Shown one piece after another: positions 24,201-38,747 of a DNA stretch of 64,000 bases. Origin of the DNA: Marsupella aquatica (lineage: Eukaryota > Plantae > Marchantiophyta); contig OZ316895.1 of assembly GCA_973895155.1 (NCBI GenBank), positions 458,107 through 522,106 on the forward strand, given 5' to 3'. Position numbers and translations under genes: made by a program. Position 1 is the stretch's first letter. Each line of letters begins with the position of its first letter. The notes below the pieces were generated by a model. The model had not been told where the DNA came from, did not search any database, and was given only the letters and a program-made list of their open reading frames with translations.

Positions 24201-27200
24201 ACAAGGAATATCTAGAAACTTGTCTGTTTGAGCACTGGGCCATCATTTTACACTGCACAACGCATCAATGATGGACATAGAGACGACGACAAAGAGTGGG
24301 TTATATTCATGTACCCTTTTGTCCTTTCTGAGCAGGCTGCTTCTTCCGACACCCTTCTCGTCTATGTGGAAGGGGAGAATTCATGCGGGCTTGTTATTGA
24401 GACGATTTGTGGGATTGCACTTCATGTTCACCTGGAAGCACCGAGACGACTTGTGAGTCTTACTGCTTGTTGCTCCTCATGCACTGGAAGAATGGACACT
24501 CAGGTAAGAAATGTGCAGAGTTATTGAACTGGAAGGCCGTTATATGCACATCGAACGAGGAAGCGAGGAATCATCTCCGCCTGGGTTTCCGTCTTTCTGC
24601 CTCTGCATTCAACCATTTTTCTTTTCATTCTCGCAAAGCTACGAATGACAGATTTTGTTCAAAATTATATCAGATAGTTAGAAAGTAGGAATTTGAAGCT
24701 CTGCTTCGTCGTGTTTACATACCTACCATGAATGGAATTGAGAGGATTTTAGGTTCTTAGCTTTACTGCTTATGTCGACAAGCACACCAAGAGAAGCGCC
24801 TGAAGCCTTCACGGCCAGCGTATGGGACAAAATGTGGGGTGGAATGGAGGAAAGCTCTCATCGCCTCCATACTCTCCCTTTGCCGTGAAGTTTGTACAGA
24901 GGGAAAAGTTGTAATATAGAGGGTATTCAAATTCTGGATCTCGAGAGTGGTAGATGCGAGTCTCACATGTTTGTGGATGAATGATTGTCATGCATGAAGG
25001 AATGCATTGAGACTCGAGCCAGCTGGATTTGCCCTCATTTTAATCTATTTGATATGTCATTCATGAGAGGGTCTAGCCTTGATCCTTGAGCAAGCTCATT
25101 GCGCCTCACGTTTTACTCTACTCATTGTTGGCTACTGTCCGGACCCGCCCAATTCAGTTTAGCCTTGACATGAATGGATTCTTAGTGAGATCGTGGACTC
25201 AAATGTGTCCTGCGCCACCGGTCTGTCTGCATCTTTGGTTCATTGGGTTGGCCCGTATTGTTCCTCTCCCTTCACCTTGTCAAATTTTAGCTTGTTGGAT
25301 GTTGCTTATTCGAAACTTCCATCCAAAATCTGCAGAAGGAGCTCCCGCTAGTCAGTGTGCTCGACGGCGCTACATACGATTATAGTTATTACGCTGGAGT
25401 ATTGGATGGATTCGTCGACTACGCTATATATTTGTAGACATTGAGGATAGACGGGGACTGCGACTGGTTGTATGGACGATTCCCTGGACGAAGTAACCTA
25501 TTCTGTTTTGTACAGGATTGTGAGGAATTGGATTCTATTGGGATTAGGAGATTGAGCATGAATCAGAAGAACAGTAGGTGATGAGAAGTTTGAGACTATA
25601 TTGAGACACCATATCACAGAGGAGAAAAGTGTTTCTAAATTGCATGATGCTCTTGCATTATCTCATGATTTGAGGGAGCTTCATTGGTACAGCCTCCCTC
25701 CATCTCGTGTGCTCGCATTAAACAGTGTGACCTGTCCTCTGGAAGATTGTCCAGAATGAGCAACCAGGCATCAGACATTCACACCGTCCGACCTATCCGC
25801 TGCGAAAGGATCTGGAAAAATGGAACGCGACAGTGAACAACCAAGGCATGCAAAATGCACTTGATAAGCTTCTGCGAGCCATAACAACCAAGACATTCTG
25901 GCACAGCAAAATGCACTTGATAGCTTCTGCGAGCCATGGCATGTCAACAAGTCGTCAATGCGTATGCGTACTCCTGTAGGGATCAGGCAGGACGGTGTCG
26001 CAGAAATCAATTATCTACGTAGTACGTTTGTATTACTAATGGAAACTGGCCTAGGGAACTTAGTCCACCGATTCCAACCCCATCACCCAGGTAAGCAGAA
26101 TGATATGGTAGGTTCAGTTTGGTTCGTACGCTTGAGAGGTAGAATGATGTGCGGATGCCCCGAGAGACTGTCTGATGTCAGCCTGCTGCATGCAGGTAGA
26201 CAAATAAATGCAGGCGACATTGACTATCAGCGAATATTGCTGATGCTAAAGTATACTTGCGTTGTATAGAATTTGAAAAAGAACTTGTTGCGTGATAGAG
26301 TGAGCTTCACGATCATCGCCCTTGCGCGCTGATTTCGATGTCAAGCTCTTTCAGACTCCGTGTAAGCGCATGATTATCGTAATCGTATGAAACTGATAGA
26401 AAACGTACACGAGCAGAGTACTCCAAATGGTCCCAGACGTTTGCACCGACTTCGGTAATCCTCCAAGGTCGAGACCTGACAGCCACACAGACCGCAGTAC
26501 AGTCGTGGAGTCAGCTTCATCATCTACTGTGTTTTTTGCTTGAAAGATTGCACTGAATTACCATTCAATTCATGATATACTGGAATACTGACTGCGACAC
26601 GACTGCAACAATTATGTTCCAATCAGTCATAAGGATCCTTTTAGATGCCGTCATTATGCACTAACCGCGACTGTCTGTCTCACAGATCTCTCAGTGTCCA
26701 CTTTGAATCCCTTGTCCTCTGTCCTTCATACTAAATAAATCCGAGCACTGGCACTAGCACATTCGGGGTTCACTGAGCTCTGATTAGGAGCTGATTGCAT
26801 ACAGCATTGATTCCTTCAGTAGTTCAGTGACTGATTAGATCGTGAGAATTTCGTCATTACTACGGACGTGTTGGGACAGCAATTACGACCATTGTCGCCC
26901 CTAATTATAATCAAATCATCAGTTTCCTTTCTAGACACGATTCCGCTCTCGTACTACTGTACTGTACTGTGTGTGTTTCACTCTTTTAGGGTCCCACCAT
27001 GAAATTACCCCGACTACGCTTCTAGCGATAGAAAGCTCAAAGCTTACAGCTAGAGAACAGTCATGGGAGGAAAGATCCTAGCTCTCCGAGACGCCGTGGA
27101 CCGTAGGACTCTCTGACTCCTCTCCCTTGCACTGGATAGCGGCTGGATACTGTCTTGTGGGTTCCAGAACTCCAGAGTTCGATTGTTCTGGAATTCGTTC

Positions 27201-27907
27201 CTCGTACGTGGGCACTCTCGTCACGGATAATTGTCACGGATAGTGTACTATGGGCCAGTCAAGCCCGCCTGGCAAGACTAGACACACGGAACTAACGAAT
27301 AGCTCCGTTAAATTGTGTGCTTGAGAGTCGAGGTCTTTCCTTGTACAATCATGCACGCAAGGCGGCTTTCGCCAGCCCAAATCTTTCCATGCCTGACGCC
27401 ACAAGTCGTCGCGCAGTCGTGATTGAAAGAGTTCTTGCAGCCAAAGTGATTCAAAAAGGTAAGGACGCTTTGTAAAACTCAAAATGAACTACAGTACAGT
27501 GCTGTACTGTAGTTGTTGGTGTCTCCCACCGCCGCCCCCCCCCCCCCCCCTACCGTTACATTACTTTGGCTTTGTCACGGTATTATTTGGGGAGGGCCTT
27601 TCATATTCCTTTGCTCATCAATTTGCAAGTGGGTCGTTTTGCTCGCGACAATTCATCACAAAGAAATCCATTAGGGAGTGGTGTCAAAGCTGTAACTCAT
27701 TTACCGCTCCAGACATATAATGCTATTATGGTGACATATAATGCTATTACAGTCAGGACAATCACTATGCGTTACCAAAATACATACCCTATAAAGGTGA
27801 TAAGTCAAAAAAAATAAAGCCACTTTGGTTAGGAGAACTTTCACACACCCTATTGCAAGAATTGTGGGCAAGGTGGGCAACCATTTTAAAAGACTCAGTT
27901 TCACAGT

Positions 27908-28032
27908 GTGGGCAGCAATTGGCAACTATTTCTTCGGGTTATCATGACGCCTGTTCAACCTTTTGCAGTGGTGGCAGCAATTGACATCTATTTCTTCAGG
28001 TTATCATGACGCCTGTTCAACCTTTTGCAGTG
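27908..28032. repeat. ~62-bp tandem duplication
   Basis: ggcagcaattg..ctatttcttc.ggttatcatgacgcctgttcaaccttttgcagtgg occurs twice. Confidence 0.85.
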
Positions 28033-31000
28033 GCCCATCATTTACTGTTATGTCGTTTTCAACTGTATCATGTGGAGGGGCTTGTCTTACTGTGCTTTAT
28101 TTTTCTCACATGTAAAGTGTTCCTTTCAAGATTAAAAGGAGGGACGACAGGAAAAAAATAAAATGAAAAGGAATGATGGGCAAGTGATGAGATATCTGTC
28201 CCTTGTGCATAACACTGCCAAGGGACAAAACGAGCAAAAGTGGGAGACAGCATCCCAATGACAAGAAACCCAAATTTAGAGAGGGGGGAGGGGGAGCATG
28301 GAAATGCCCAGGAAACACTTGCTGTAGTTTTGATTTAGGGCCGTCTTGCATGTAGATGGTCCTTCAAAAAACGGCCCTTCAGACAAACGGTGGCAGCCCC
28401 TGAATGAACAAAACTGCCCCCTGAATGAGGCCATCTTGACGGTACTAAACTAGGACTTGTAAGGGCAAGGCACGCAAACCTTGCAGCCCTTCACAGTCTC
28501 GACCTTTGATCCTGCACATACGACAATGGCAGCCTCAATCCCCTCTATTGCTCCCGGTAAACTAAGCGCCACATAACAACAGAGGTGGACACGAGACCCT
28601 CAGCACATCCAACATGTAACACAGGGGAGGATCGAGTTGTTAAACCAAATTCCTGATTCTGTGTAAGTTTTGCTTTATGAAAGGCCGCATTCTTGAGGGC
28701 CGATGTACATGCTAAACGGCCCTTAAATTACTACTGGCCATATAAATGGAGAAGTGTCCAAGACTTCTCCATTTTTCACATTCTTCTCCTCTATCATGAG
28801 ACCATTAAGGGAAAAATGCTAAAAATGGTGAAATCTGTGGAACCAGGCATGGCTAGTGGTTCGATCGTGGACGTGATTGGTCTGTTTTCTTTTCTAGATA
28901 CGCTTCATTCTTGGCCACTTCCAAATTTGATACATTTTGAGGGCTTCATTAATTAACTGATTCGTTCTTTCTATTGTTAGGTAGACTATTTTTCTTCATT
29001 GGAATTGAAAAATAGACGACAAGCAGGCGATGCCAGAAACAAAACCACGTTTGTCCACAGCGTTGCTTTGATGCTCCACGTGTATTCCATGGGTTTATTC
29101 CTTTGTAATATTTTGAGAAATGACAGACCATCGGTAAGAAGACAAGGATGAAGGATATCTTCCAGAAAAGTACGTGAGGAATATGGCAAGGGGCATGGGT
29201 TATGGCTTCTGGGAGGGTACCTTAACAAATGTACTAATCCAAAAATCACACCTCGCAATTAGAACGACCTCACCCCACAAGCCAAATCTCAGTTGAAGTC
29301 AATTAGTCCCCGACAAGAAGTGGCCATGAACAGTGCACCGAATTAGTCCACCACAGCACCCTACCGGCTTTAGATAAAATCGGCCAAAGACTCCTATGTA
29401 TGTCCAACAGGAATTTTATAATCTTTCCTGGTCAACTATCAAAAAAATAAACAAAATCCTCCCTGAGAATTTCACGTCGCAACTGGCTTAACATATGGGG
29501 CTGGAGAAAACACATACTTTAGAAATAGCCAGTCAAATATTGATACTCAGAAACCAGAAAAACTATTGATAGGTTTCTCACTTGCACTTGCTTTGGATCA
29601 TTTTAAAGTTCATATATGCATTGTTGCCAGATAGAATTTTGGCTACGCTAGGTACTGTGGTTCTTCTCTTCTAGCTACTGTAATCAAAGAACTAGTCCCT
29701 CAGAAACTGTGGCCACATACCACAACACTAACATCGAAGACAGGACAAACACGGCGATTCCAAGGTGCCCGGAAATGCCTAAAACTAATTGTTGTGAAAT
29801 ACCTCACAGAATAAAACTCATGAACAATGCTTATAAAAGATGCTAAGGGTGGCTTTACAAAAAGTTGGGGGCACTTTTATCTTTTGTTGGTCTCCAAGAT
29901 CAAGATGTGATTGGGGGCCATCCATTGGGGAGATACAATTGTTTTTCAAACGTTGGGGGCCGTTTCCTTTCTGAAGTGTTCCCGATCCAACATGAAATGG
30001 GGTGGGCCCAAATTTGGCTTACGTAGAGCACATTCTGTCCCACATTTTAGACCGGACCAGGACAAAATAATGAATTTAGACAGTTAGTGTGGATGATTCA
30101 CACGGCGAATAAGATAGTGTTTCGTTTGTAAGTCGTTGGACGGACGTCCCTGGTGCCAACTCAAGTCTGCCATACATTGCATCGATTGGCGAGCAACCTT
30201 GACAATGCACACTTGGAGAGCCAGCTCCACGGAAGCTCCTCCCCTGACAGTTCCTACTTGAGTGGTTTCTCACCTCCAAACAAAAAGGTGGGCGCCTTTT
30301 GCAATTTGTAGGACCAGCTCTCAAGTTACTCCTGGGGATGCTTCCAAGTACAGTACGCGAGCAATTTCTAACAGAAAGTTAAAAGAGTATCGTAACTGGG
30401 CCCCAAAAGAGCTAATCAACGAAAGAAGGAGACAATCTAGATGTGTGGGGAGTCGATGGATTAGCTTTGAGGGGCGTGGATGACATAGAAAGTAGAACTC
30501 TACGATGGAGATGACGAACGCACAAAGGAAAGCAAGGGACAGAATGATTTCCCTCGATATACGAGCTCTTGGCTTCCTTGGAATGCATCCCAAGGAAAGG
30601 CTCAATTCTGGTTCTTCCTTGAAAGTCACACTTCACTCCATAAAGTGAAACAGCACATCATTTTTTGAGGCTCCCAAAAGGGAGAGAAAACCTGAAGGGG
30701 CAGGGGTCGGTGTGTGGAGCCAAGGTACAGTAGGATACACTGTGCACGCAGTGTAAAGATAAAGAGGAACTAATCCATTTCGTTCTCCATGTATTGTGAT
30801 TTGAAGTGGTCAAGACATACCAAGATAGCAACATGTTCTAAATCCAACCTTAGCTGGGGATGTTGAGCTTTATAGATCAGTTGTAACAACCTCTTATCAG
30901 GACCTCTTCAAGACAAAGAAAATGTCATCTTTAGGCGAAGGAATACCCTAGGTGATTAATTTGCAGGGCCGGGCTCATACCTACGCACTCAACGTTGCTT

Positions 31001-31078
31001 ACAGGAGGCACAAAATGTAAGAGGATCACCTCCCCTACCTCTGAAAAACCTCAAATTAAACGACATAATGGATCATGT

Positions 31079-31317
31079 ACTGTACAATTTAAAGCCAACG
31101 ACAGGGGTTTAGGGTATGCCACTTCGTCAGGCACCTAACCTAAATACGCAATTACGACAGAGAAGAGGATGTCGGGGACCATAGTTAGGAAATTGATACA
31201 CTGTACAATTTTAAGCTAGCGACAGGGGTTTAGGGTATGCCACTTCGTCAAGCACCTAACCTAAATACGCAATTACGACAGAGAAGAGAATGTCGGGGAC
31301 CATGGTTAAGAAATTGA
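31079..31317. repeat. ~121-bp tandem duplication
   Basis: ctgtacaattt..cgacaggggtttagggtatgccacttcgtca..cctaaatacgcaattacgacagagaagag..aaattga occurs twice. Confidence 0.85.
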
Positions 31318-34300
31318 ACCTAAGCCGCCTCCATACAAGAAAGGTATTTGCACATCGAGCTATTAATGGATCAACGAGAGGTGTAATGATCTACAGCAGC
31401 TTCCTCAATCGCTGTGCTCCAACCTCCCAGGTGCAAATTTGAAAATCACTTATTGTCACAGCAGCCTTCGAAACTGAACGCTCTTTGCTTTTATATTGGT
31501 AGACTTATTGGTTCGTTGGGATTCGGGACCTACGAGGTGTTTCTGAATTCGTACGTGACCTTTGATCTCAGCTGAGCAAAGATTCAAAGTGGAGCATTGA
31601 ATTTCCCCCCTAAACATAACAAGAGTGAATGAAATTGTCCCTTACCCACATTGATTACTTGACTAGCAGCGCGGTTCAAATTGGACAAGTCATACATGGC
31701 TACTGTGCTGTAGCTAGTTCACTTACTTTATACAGTAAGTACTATTGCCCCATTTATTGGTGTACTGCAATCTGAGTGTAGATCGTAACAGTGCTATTAA
31801 AATATAGTCAAGTGTTCCAATAACGACTATATTTTAATGGGTATTTGAGTTAATATATATCAAGTGTAACAATCGAATTCAGAAGGGACATCCCTTGGTG
31901 GGCACATAGAGTCTTGTCCAGTGGCGAAAATTCGTTAGACTTCACCTCTCTAAAAAGTCTTAGTTTGAAAGTCTTCATTTGGTAGGTTTTTTGTCATTCA
32001 TTAGCCAGTTTCCCACACCCTATTAGCCAGAATCTTGGAGATGTGATGGTCAGAAATTGATCTAAGAATTAGATAAAGCCCTAGCATCTTCTTCTTTGCA
32101 CAAAATGACATTGACCACACTGGCCAACAAGAAAAAACCTTTAAAAATTATGCTGGCTGCTACCCATCAGTCAAAAGTGACCTAATTTTGCTCGAACACA
32201 CTCTGACCAATTGGCCACACACGGCACAAACTTGTTTTATTTTGACTTTCAAGAGGTGCCATTCAACTGGACCAAGCACTATTGCGATGCCCACCTCAAA
32301 GTCATCCCTTGGTCCCTTCAGGGAAAAGTCCCCAGAGAGGCCCTGCCTTTGAAAAGGGACTTGCTGGGGCCGTCTTTATATTGAGTGGGCCTACAACCAG
32401 AGCGGCTAGTGTGAGCAGTCCTGAGGGCATGTGAGATATGGATCTTCCATGTGCCATTCCGGGTTACCCTCCTGTGCAAAACGTTAACTGCTCGTCATAA
32501 TTAAGAAAAAACACAAGGCTAAAAGCCTAAAACACTATCCTCCCGTTGTCAAAGTTTATTTTTAGAAACAAAACACACACTGAAAAGTCAGTGGCGGTAC
32601 CAAGGATTCCCAAATTTGTGTCTAAGCGAATGGACAAAAATAGGTAATCCATCTTTGCGCTAATCCAGATGGCACTATGGTAGACTTTGTTCACGGAATG
32701 AGATGTTCTCATTGGTGAGGGTACTGATAGTCAACATGGCGATCTTGTTTGCAATGGCTATGGGGAAAATATTGACCTCCTAAGCTGGCACAGTGGCACT
32801 CCACAGTAATGAGTACGGTAAAGTAGCTTTCCCTGAAATTGTCATTGGAAGCCGCTGTGTCTCTTTATGATGTCTTTGATCATTCATGAGGGCCAGAATC
32901 GAGGTCGATCGGGCCTTTTCACTGTTTCTACTGACCCATAATTCAATGGGACTCTGTCACTCAAGCCTTTTTGAAAGGAAAGCACAACTCAGCTTCAAAC
33001 GGGCCAAAAAGTAGGAGGGAAAAGTCACGAAGTTAGACTGGGTCGTTAGGGAAGAACAGTGTCTAAAAGCCAATTAAAAGACAAATTAGTATTGCTACTT
33101 GTATTTTGTTTCAAGGTTTGTAGAGCAACCTTGTCATGACTACTTTCCCTTAGTATGTGTGTTAATCAACTACTTCCACCCCTTTTCTATGCCCGCTACC
33201 TCAATGTGAAGCTCAGCTCATCCCAAAATGACATTCCTATGCCCTCAAAGCTTCATCAGAATGGAAGTAAGAAAATGAGTGCATGAACTAGACTTTTGCA
33301 AAGAAAGTGTACACTCATGAAAATGGGCTCAACATTCTACAGACACACAATGCACTCTTGCCCTCCTCCCCTCCTCTTCCCTGTTTCTATGGAGTCAAAG
33401 TTGCTGTCTAAGCAGTCTCTCCCCTCTCTTGTCACAACTCTCCCTCCCTGGCCAAGACTGGCTACTGCAGGCAAATCCCTTGTGCCACTCCCATTGCCTG
33501 TTTCGAACATGGAAATAAACCCATGGAGCCCCCCTCCCTACCCTGACTCCATTTCCCCAAGAACTTGTGGGGACCTTAGTTAGCAGTGGGGTGAAAACTG
33601 ACCTGTCACGCCCATAGGCTTTGCGAGGCCTGCCCTCAATGTCAACTTTGGGCCTGAGCAAGGTTCCATGTGCATTCTAACAAGGAAGACATGTTTAGTA
33701 GAAAAGGTGTAGTTTCACATGAGGAATTGAGGATTGCATCTGAGTTTTAAATGTTTGGGTGGAGAGCGCATCTGACCCTTAATATGAATGAAGATAATAC
33801 TTGATAAGCCCTAAAACAAAATACCTTTAACTATGGGTGCTATCAATAGTGGAAAAAATAGAATAGTCAAGAGAGGGTCATATAACATCTAAAAGTTGAT
33901 GTCAACCATCAACACCCTCAAAGAAAGATACACAGAAATTTAAACCTTAATCAGATGCTCAATCTAACCCAGGCCTACATTTTACTAAGAACACAGAAGG
34001 ACCATCCAGTATTGCTTGCAGAGGATTTTTACTTAAAAGCAATCCAGGACATAGAGCTGCCCTGGATCTTGCATTTATGGTCCTTCCATCAAAGTGACAA
34101 TGAATTTGAGACCAGTTATTCATCATGGAATGTGGAGGAGTGAATTCTATTAAATTTGTTTTTATTGTGTTAAATGAAGTATTTGGGCTCGAGTTTTTAA
34201 GGTCTCCTCCTTCTCTACTTACCTTAAAGGTGCAAAACTATTATTTTGTAAGTACTCATAATCATCACCTTATAAGCTCAACACTCTCAATCATGGACCA

Positions 34301-34788
34301 CGGGAACACTGTTCCCGACATGGTGGTCCATCTGGGCTTCACTTTCGTTGGGTAAGGGAAGTAATAATATGTTGGCTCCCAAATCTTGTCCCCAAAGATT
34401 TTGTAGTACCCTATTATGTCTGCCATGGAAATCGAGGAACAATTGAACGGATGGGTAGGAACACAGGACAGGAAAGTTTTGTTGACCATTATTGAGATCT
34501 ATGGCCTGAATATGGGACACGTGGGTTCTGCAGCATCCCAATATGGGACACGTGGGTTTCGTCACAAAATTGTTGTCAAAAGGTTTACCCGTCGAAGTCT
34601 CCCATCTTCAACTTGCGAGCAGGATTTCGTCTCGAATATCAAACCTCTGATGATGCACCGTAGCTCCTTAGAAGCAAAATCAAAGCACCTTTCTAACGAG
34701 CCAACAATCGCTTGATTCTGATCAAAGAACGCAAAGTTATGAATTGAAAAAGTAGCACGGAAAACCTTCAAAAGCTTGACGGGAGCAG

Positions 34789-35178
34789 TTTTCTTAACTC
34801 AGCATATCTGCGATGAAATCAATCTTGAACTCGGCTATGAATGCATGACCTCGGCTATGGCTGACGAGTGACGAAGATTCTGAGGGTTTGGAGTTCGAGG
34901 GAGGACGAGCGAGCGAGGACGGCTGTTTTGCAGGCAATTCAGGTCTGCTGGATCGATCATCGGCCTGGGAAAATGCAAAAGAAGTTTTCTTTACTCACCA
35001 TATCTGCGATGAAATCAATCATGACACGCCCTAGAATGCATCACCTCGGCTATGGCTGACGAGTGACGAAGATTCTGAGGGTTTGGAGTTCGAGGGAGGA
35101 CTAGCGAGCGAGGAAGGACGGCTGTTGTGCAGGCAATTCAGGCATCGGTCGATCATCGGCCTGGGAAAATGCAAAAGA
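34789..35178. repeat. ~196-bp tandem duplication in a probable TE remnant
   Basis: ttttctt.actca.catatctgcgatgaaatcaatc...cggcctgggaaaatgcaaaaga occurs twice. Confidence 0.8.
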
Positions 35179-36149
35179 CATGGGAAATGATACTCCTACT
35201 GGAGTTTTGTGGTACCATACGGAGAAGGCAGAGGCCTCGGTCTTGGCGTCGTGTTTCTTTGCTGCCGTCACGGCTCATTCCGCCGGAGGGGAGCCAGACT
35301 CCAGACTCCAGAGGTCTGCTGCCTTTTTTTTTTATTTCTTGCGCTTTGTTGGCTACCCTCGCGACTTATTCCCTTGTGCGGATCGAAAAATCCGCTTCCT
35401 TTCATTTCTTAGAGATCTCCAGCGGGTTATGGGCTTCCGGCCTCTAAAACCCAAAATACAGTGAATCACTATTTGGAGGCCTGAGAAGTGGAGGCTCCCA
35501 TATCCAATTTACAAACAAGTGGAGGCTCCCTCAGCCAATTTACAACCTTACCAACTAAAGATATTGTTCGAAACTAAGGACTTTAGTTTTGCTTATCGCA
35601 CTCTGGCTGAAAGAGAGGGTTAGTCCATTCCCGTGTGCAGAGTGAAGAATGTCCTGGCTTTTTATTTCTTACCAAAGATATGGTTTGGAGAAGGTCATTT
35701 GGACTTTAGTGTTGCTTTTTGTAGTCTCACTAAAAGAGGGAGTTAATTAGAGCCAAGTTTGGGCTTAAGGCCAACTCGCATGTGAAGTGTCTTTCAAAAA
35801 AATGGCCCTTAACTTGAGTGGTGTGAGGATGTGAATGAATGAGAAGTTTCTGGCAGTACCCCCCTCATGCGCCAGGCCCGACAGCATATTTTGTGGAGAG
35901 GGGTTGATCCATTCCAGTGTGGAGAGCGAATAATGTCCTGGCTTTTTATTTCTTACCAAAGATATTGTTTGGAGAAGGTAAGCGTTTGAACTTTAGTCTT
36001 GTTTTTTGTACTGTCTCTAAAAGAGAGAGTTGATTCGAGTCCAAGTTTGGTGGAATTTGGTGGAACACTCTAGGCTAAAATAAAGGAGGTAGATGCTAAT
36101 GTTGTTGTGGACTGGAGCTGCCATGATAATGGCCATGTTCAAGAAGGCT

Positions 36150-37680
36150 TTCATTTGTCAGTCTGCCACACCCTCAGCCCTCAAGTTCACACAGCCCTAC
36201 ATTTGCTTAGATGCATGTCACACAAAGAATCAAATATATATACCTTACCCCGCACAATATTTTTGGCCACAGCTTTAGATGGAAATTCCAGAGTTTTTAT
36301 TTTGGCATATGCAGTAGCACCAGTTGAGAATACAGACAAATGGACCTGTTTTCTGGACTTGCTCTACACAACTATTGATGGGATGATCAAGTTTCCAGAT
36401 TTTTCCTTTCATTTCTGATAGGCAGAAAGGCCTTAGCAATGCAGTTAGAGATATCTTTCCAGGGAAGTACATGCCAATTATTGCCAACATCTTACGAAGA
36501 ATGTAAAAAAACATATGGCAAAGGTGGAAACAAATTCTTTATGGGCTGTGTGTATGCCAATACGAAAAACAGGTAAGTACTTCTCTACCTTGATAGATAT
36601 ATAGTTTGACTTATATTCAATGTGCACGCATCTTCCATGCTACATTGTATTCTCATCTAACTTGCCCGGGACCTCTCTTTGGTTGAACTATGATGATTTA
36701 CTGGATACCATGAAGAAGAAAGTGGGAACTGGTGATGATGCTTGGAAATATATTAGGGATAGTTACACGCTTGTATGTACGATATGCATTTACTCTTCCT
36801 CATATAGGGAAGGTCACTAGCAATCCAGACAAGTGGAACACGCTAACTCTGGCCTTTGAGAAATTAGTGAGTTTGCCCCCTTTGCACTCCTGGTGGAAAT
36901 GTGGTACCTGTCACAATACCAATCTAAAACCATTTGGTCAGTGGGGTGTTCTGATGATGGACACACTCAAGCCATCGTAAGTATTCCTCCCCTTTGTCTG
37001 GAGGCACATTTCATTTCACAAAAACTATCCAGGGCGGCATGCATTACAAAAAGCAGCACTCTTTGACTTTGGGGCGCCATAGTGTACAGAGGGCACCATT
37101 CATTCACTTTGTTTTGGGGTTTTCTGTATGTTCAAACTATGGATCACAAAGCAAGTCGGAGTACCTGGTTTCAGTGTGGCCTACTGCATCATACACATGC
37201 AGGGAACTTCAAGAGATGGTTTGGCCTTGTGAACACATTATGGCTTGCGATGACAGGGATGGTAAGGACTTTACAATACATTTTCATAGGTGCTGGAAGA
37301 CCTCCTCTCTTGTCCACTTGTATGAGCACAAAATGCCTTGTTTTTTGAGTAATGACTTGGAGGGGCATCCATTTTGTTTCCCACCTGCAGCAGCCAAAAA
37401 AAAAGGGCAGACATAGGGTAGTTCGGGTTCCATCTGGTGGCACAAGGAAGGGGCCCAACAGGTGTGCACTTCTCAATGAAAGTGATGCAGAGGAGTCCAT
37501 TGATGCCAATGCATGGTAATGTGGAGTTCAGATATGCAATTGAGGATTACATCTCTGTGCCAATGCCTAGAGAGATGGAGGACAAGGAGACACCCTCAGC
37601 AACAAAAGAAAGAAGGCTTCTAAGCAGGGAAAGATCAGGTGTGGCAAGTGTGGCAAAGAAGGGCACAGAAGGAGGAGGTC
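36150..37680 (+). mobile_element. Degenerate Mutator-like (MULE/MuDR) transposase relic
   Basis: LDACH..IFLATALDGNSRVFILAYAVAPVENTDKWTCFL..ISDRQKGLSNAV..CQHL (MULE DDE domain); SWIM-like TCRELQEMVWPCEH; zinc knuckle RCGKCGKEGH; multiple frameshifts. Confidence 0.88.
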
Positions 37681-38567
37681 CAACACTGACTGTCTCAAGG
37701 CGAACTTGCATGTAAAGTGTTTTCCAAAAGACAGTCCTTAACTTGAGTTGTGTGAGGATGTAAATGAACAAGACATTTCTGGCAGTACCCCCTCATGTGC
37801 CAGGCCTGACGGTATATTTTGTGGGGTTCCAAGGGCAAGGACCCGAAAGTTTTCAGCCCTTGCAAGTCCCGAGTTTTGCCTTGTGAAAACAAAAGCAAAA
37901 AACTATACACTTGCTACAAACTCTCTCGTACTTGGGAAGTATAGACCAAGACCAAGATTTGTGTCCATTGTGTGATCATAGAAGTGCTACATATACCCTA
38001 ATGTATCAGGTGCACAAAGGGCCCCATGATCACATGCTAGTTGGCCGTCAGTCTCCACAGGAAGCAATATTCGAGCAAACAACTTCTAAGTATTCAACTT
38101 TCAATTACTTTGCCACTAAAGTTGAATGTTATAATTCACAATACTGTCATTGTTTTTTCTGTATTTATAAAAATGCCACGGTTTGGCATACGGATGACAA
38201 GTTTACTAAGATAACCAGGGGAACTATATAAGGAAACCATGATAATTTTGTAAATACAAAAAAATAGTGACAATATTGTAAATTCAAACATCTTTAGTGA
38301 CAATATACTTAAAAACCTTTACACTATTTTATCACTAAAAATATTCTAATTGTTAATACTATCAATGACAAGTTCACCAAAGTAACCAGAAGAATTATAT
38401 GTGTAAAAACCGTGATTATTACAAATACAAAAAAAAACAATGGCGTTATTGTAAAATCAAACATGTTTAGTGCCAGTATACTTAAAAGTGTATGAGCACT
38501 ATACTTAAAAATTGTATGAGCAAATGAGAAGTTGAGAACCATAATACAACAAAAGTGAGAACCGCAA

Positions 38568-38747
38568 TATTGACCGACGCTCAGTCCCATTCGCTTGCCC
38601 ATGGCTGTATGGGAATGACAGCAGAATCTACAGTGGGACAAAGGTCGGGAAGAATAGTATTGACCGACGCTCAGTCCCATTCGCTTGCTCATGGCTGTAT
38701 GAGAATGACAGCAGAATCTACAGTGGGACAAAGGTCGGGAAGAATAG
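38568..38747. repeat. Near-perfect 90-bp tandem duplication
   Basis: tattgaccgacgctcagtcccattcgcttgc...ggtcgggaagaatag occurs at 38568 and at 38658. Confidence 0.92.

Noticed and set aside
31105-31265. TTTAGGG/CCCTAAA telomere-like words
   Set aside because: Single isolated copies inside a duplication, not an interstitial telomeric array.
32100-35530. Possible additional DNA-transposon remnant (TIR-like ggaggctccc..ccaatttac repeats near 35475-35543)
   Set aside because: No matching opposite end or recognisable protein motif found by eye.
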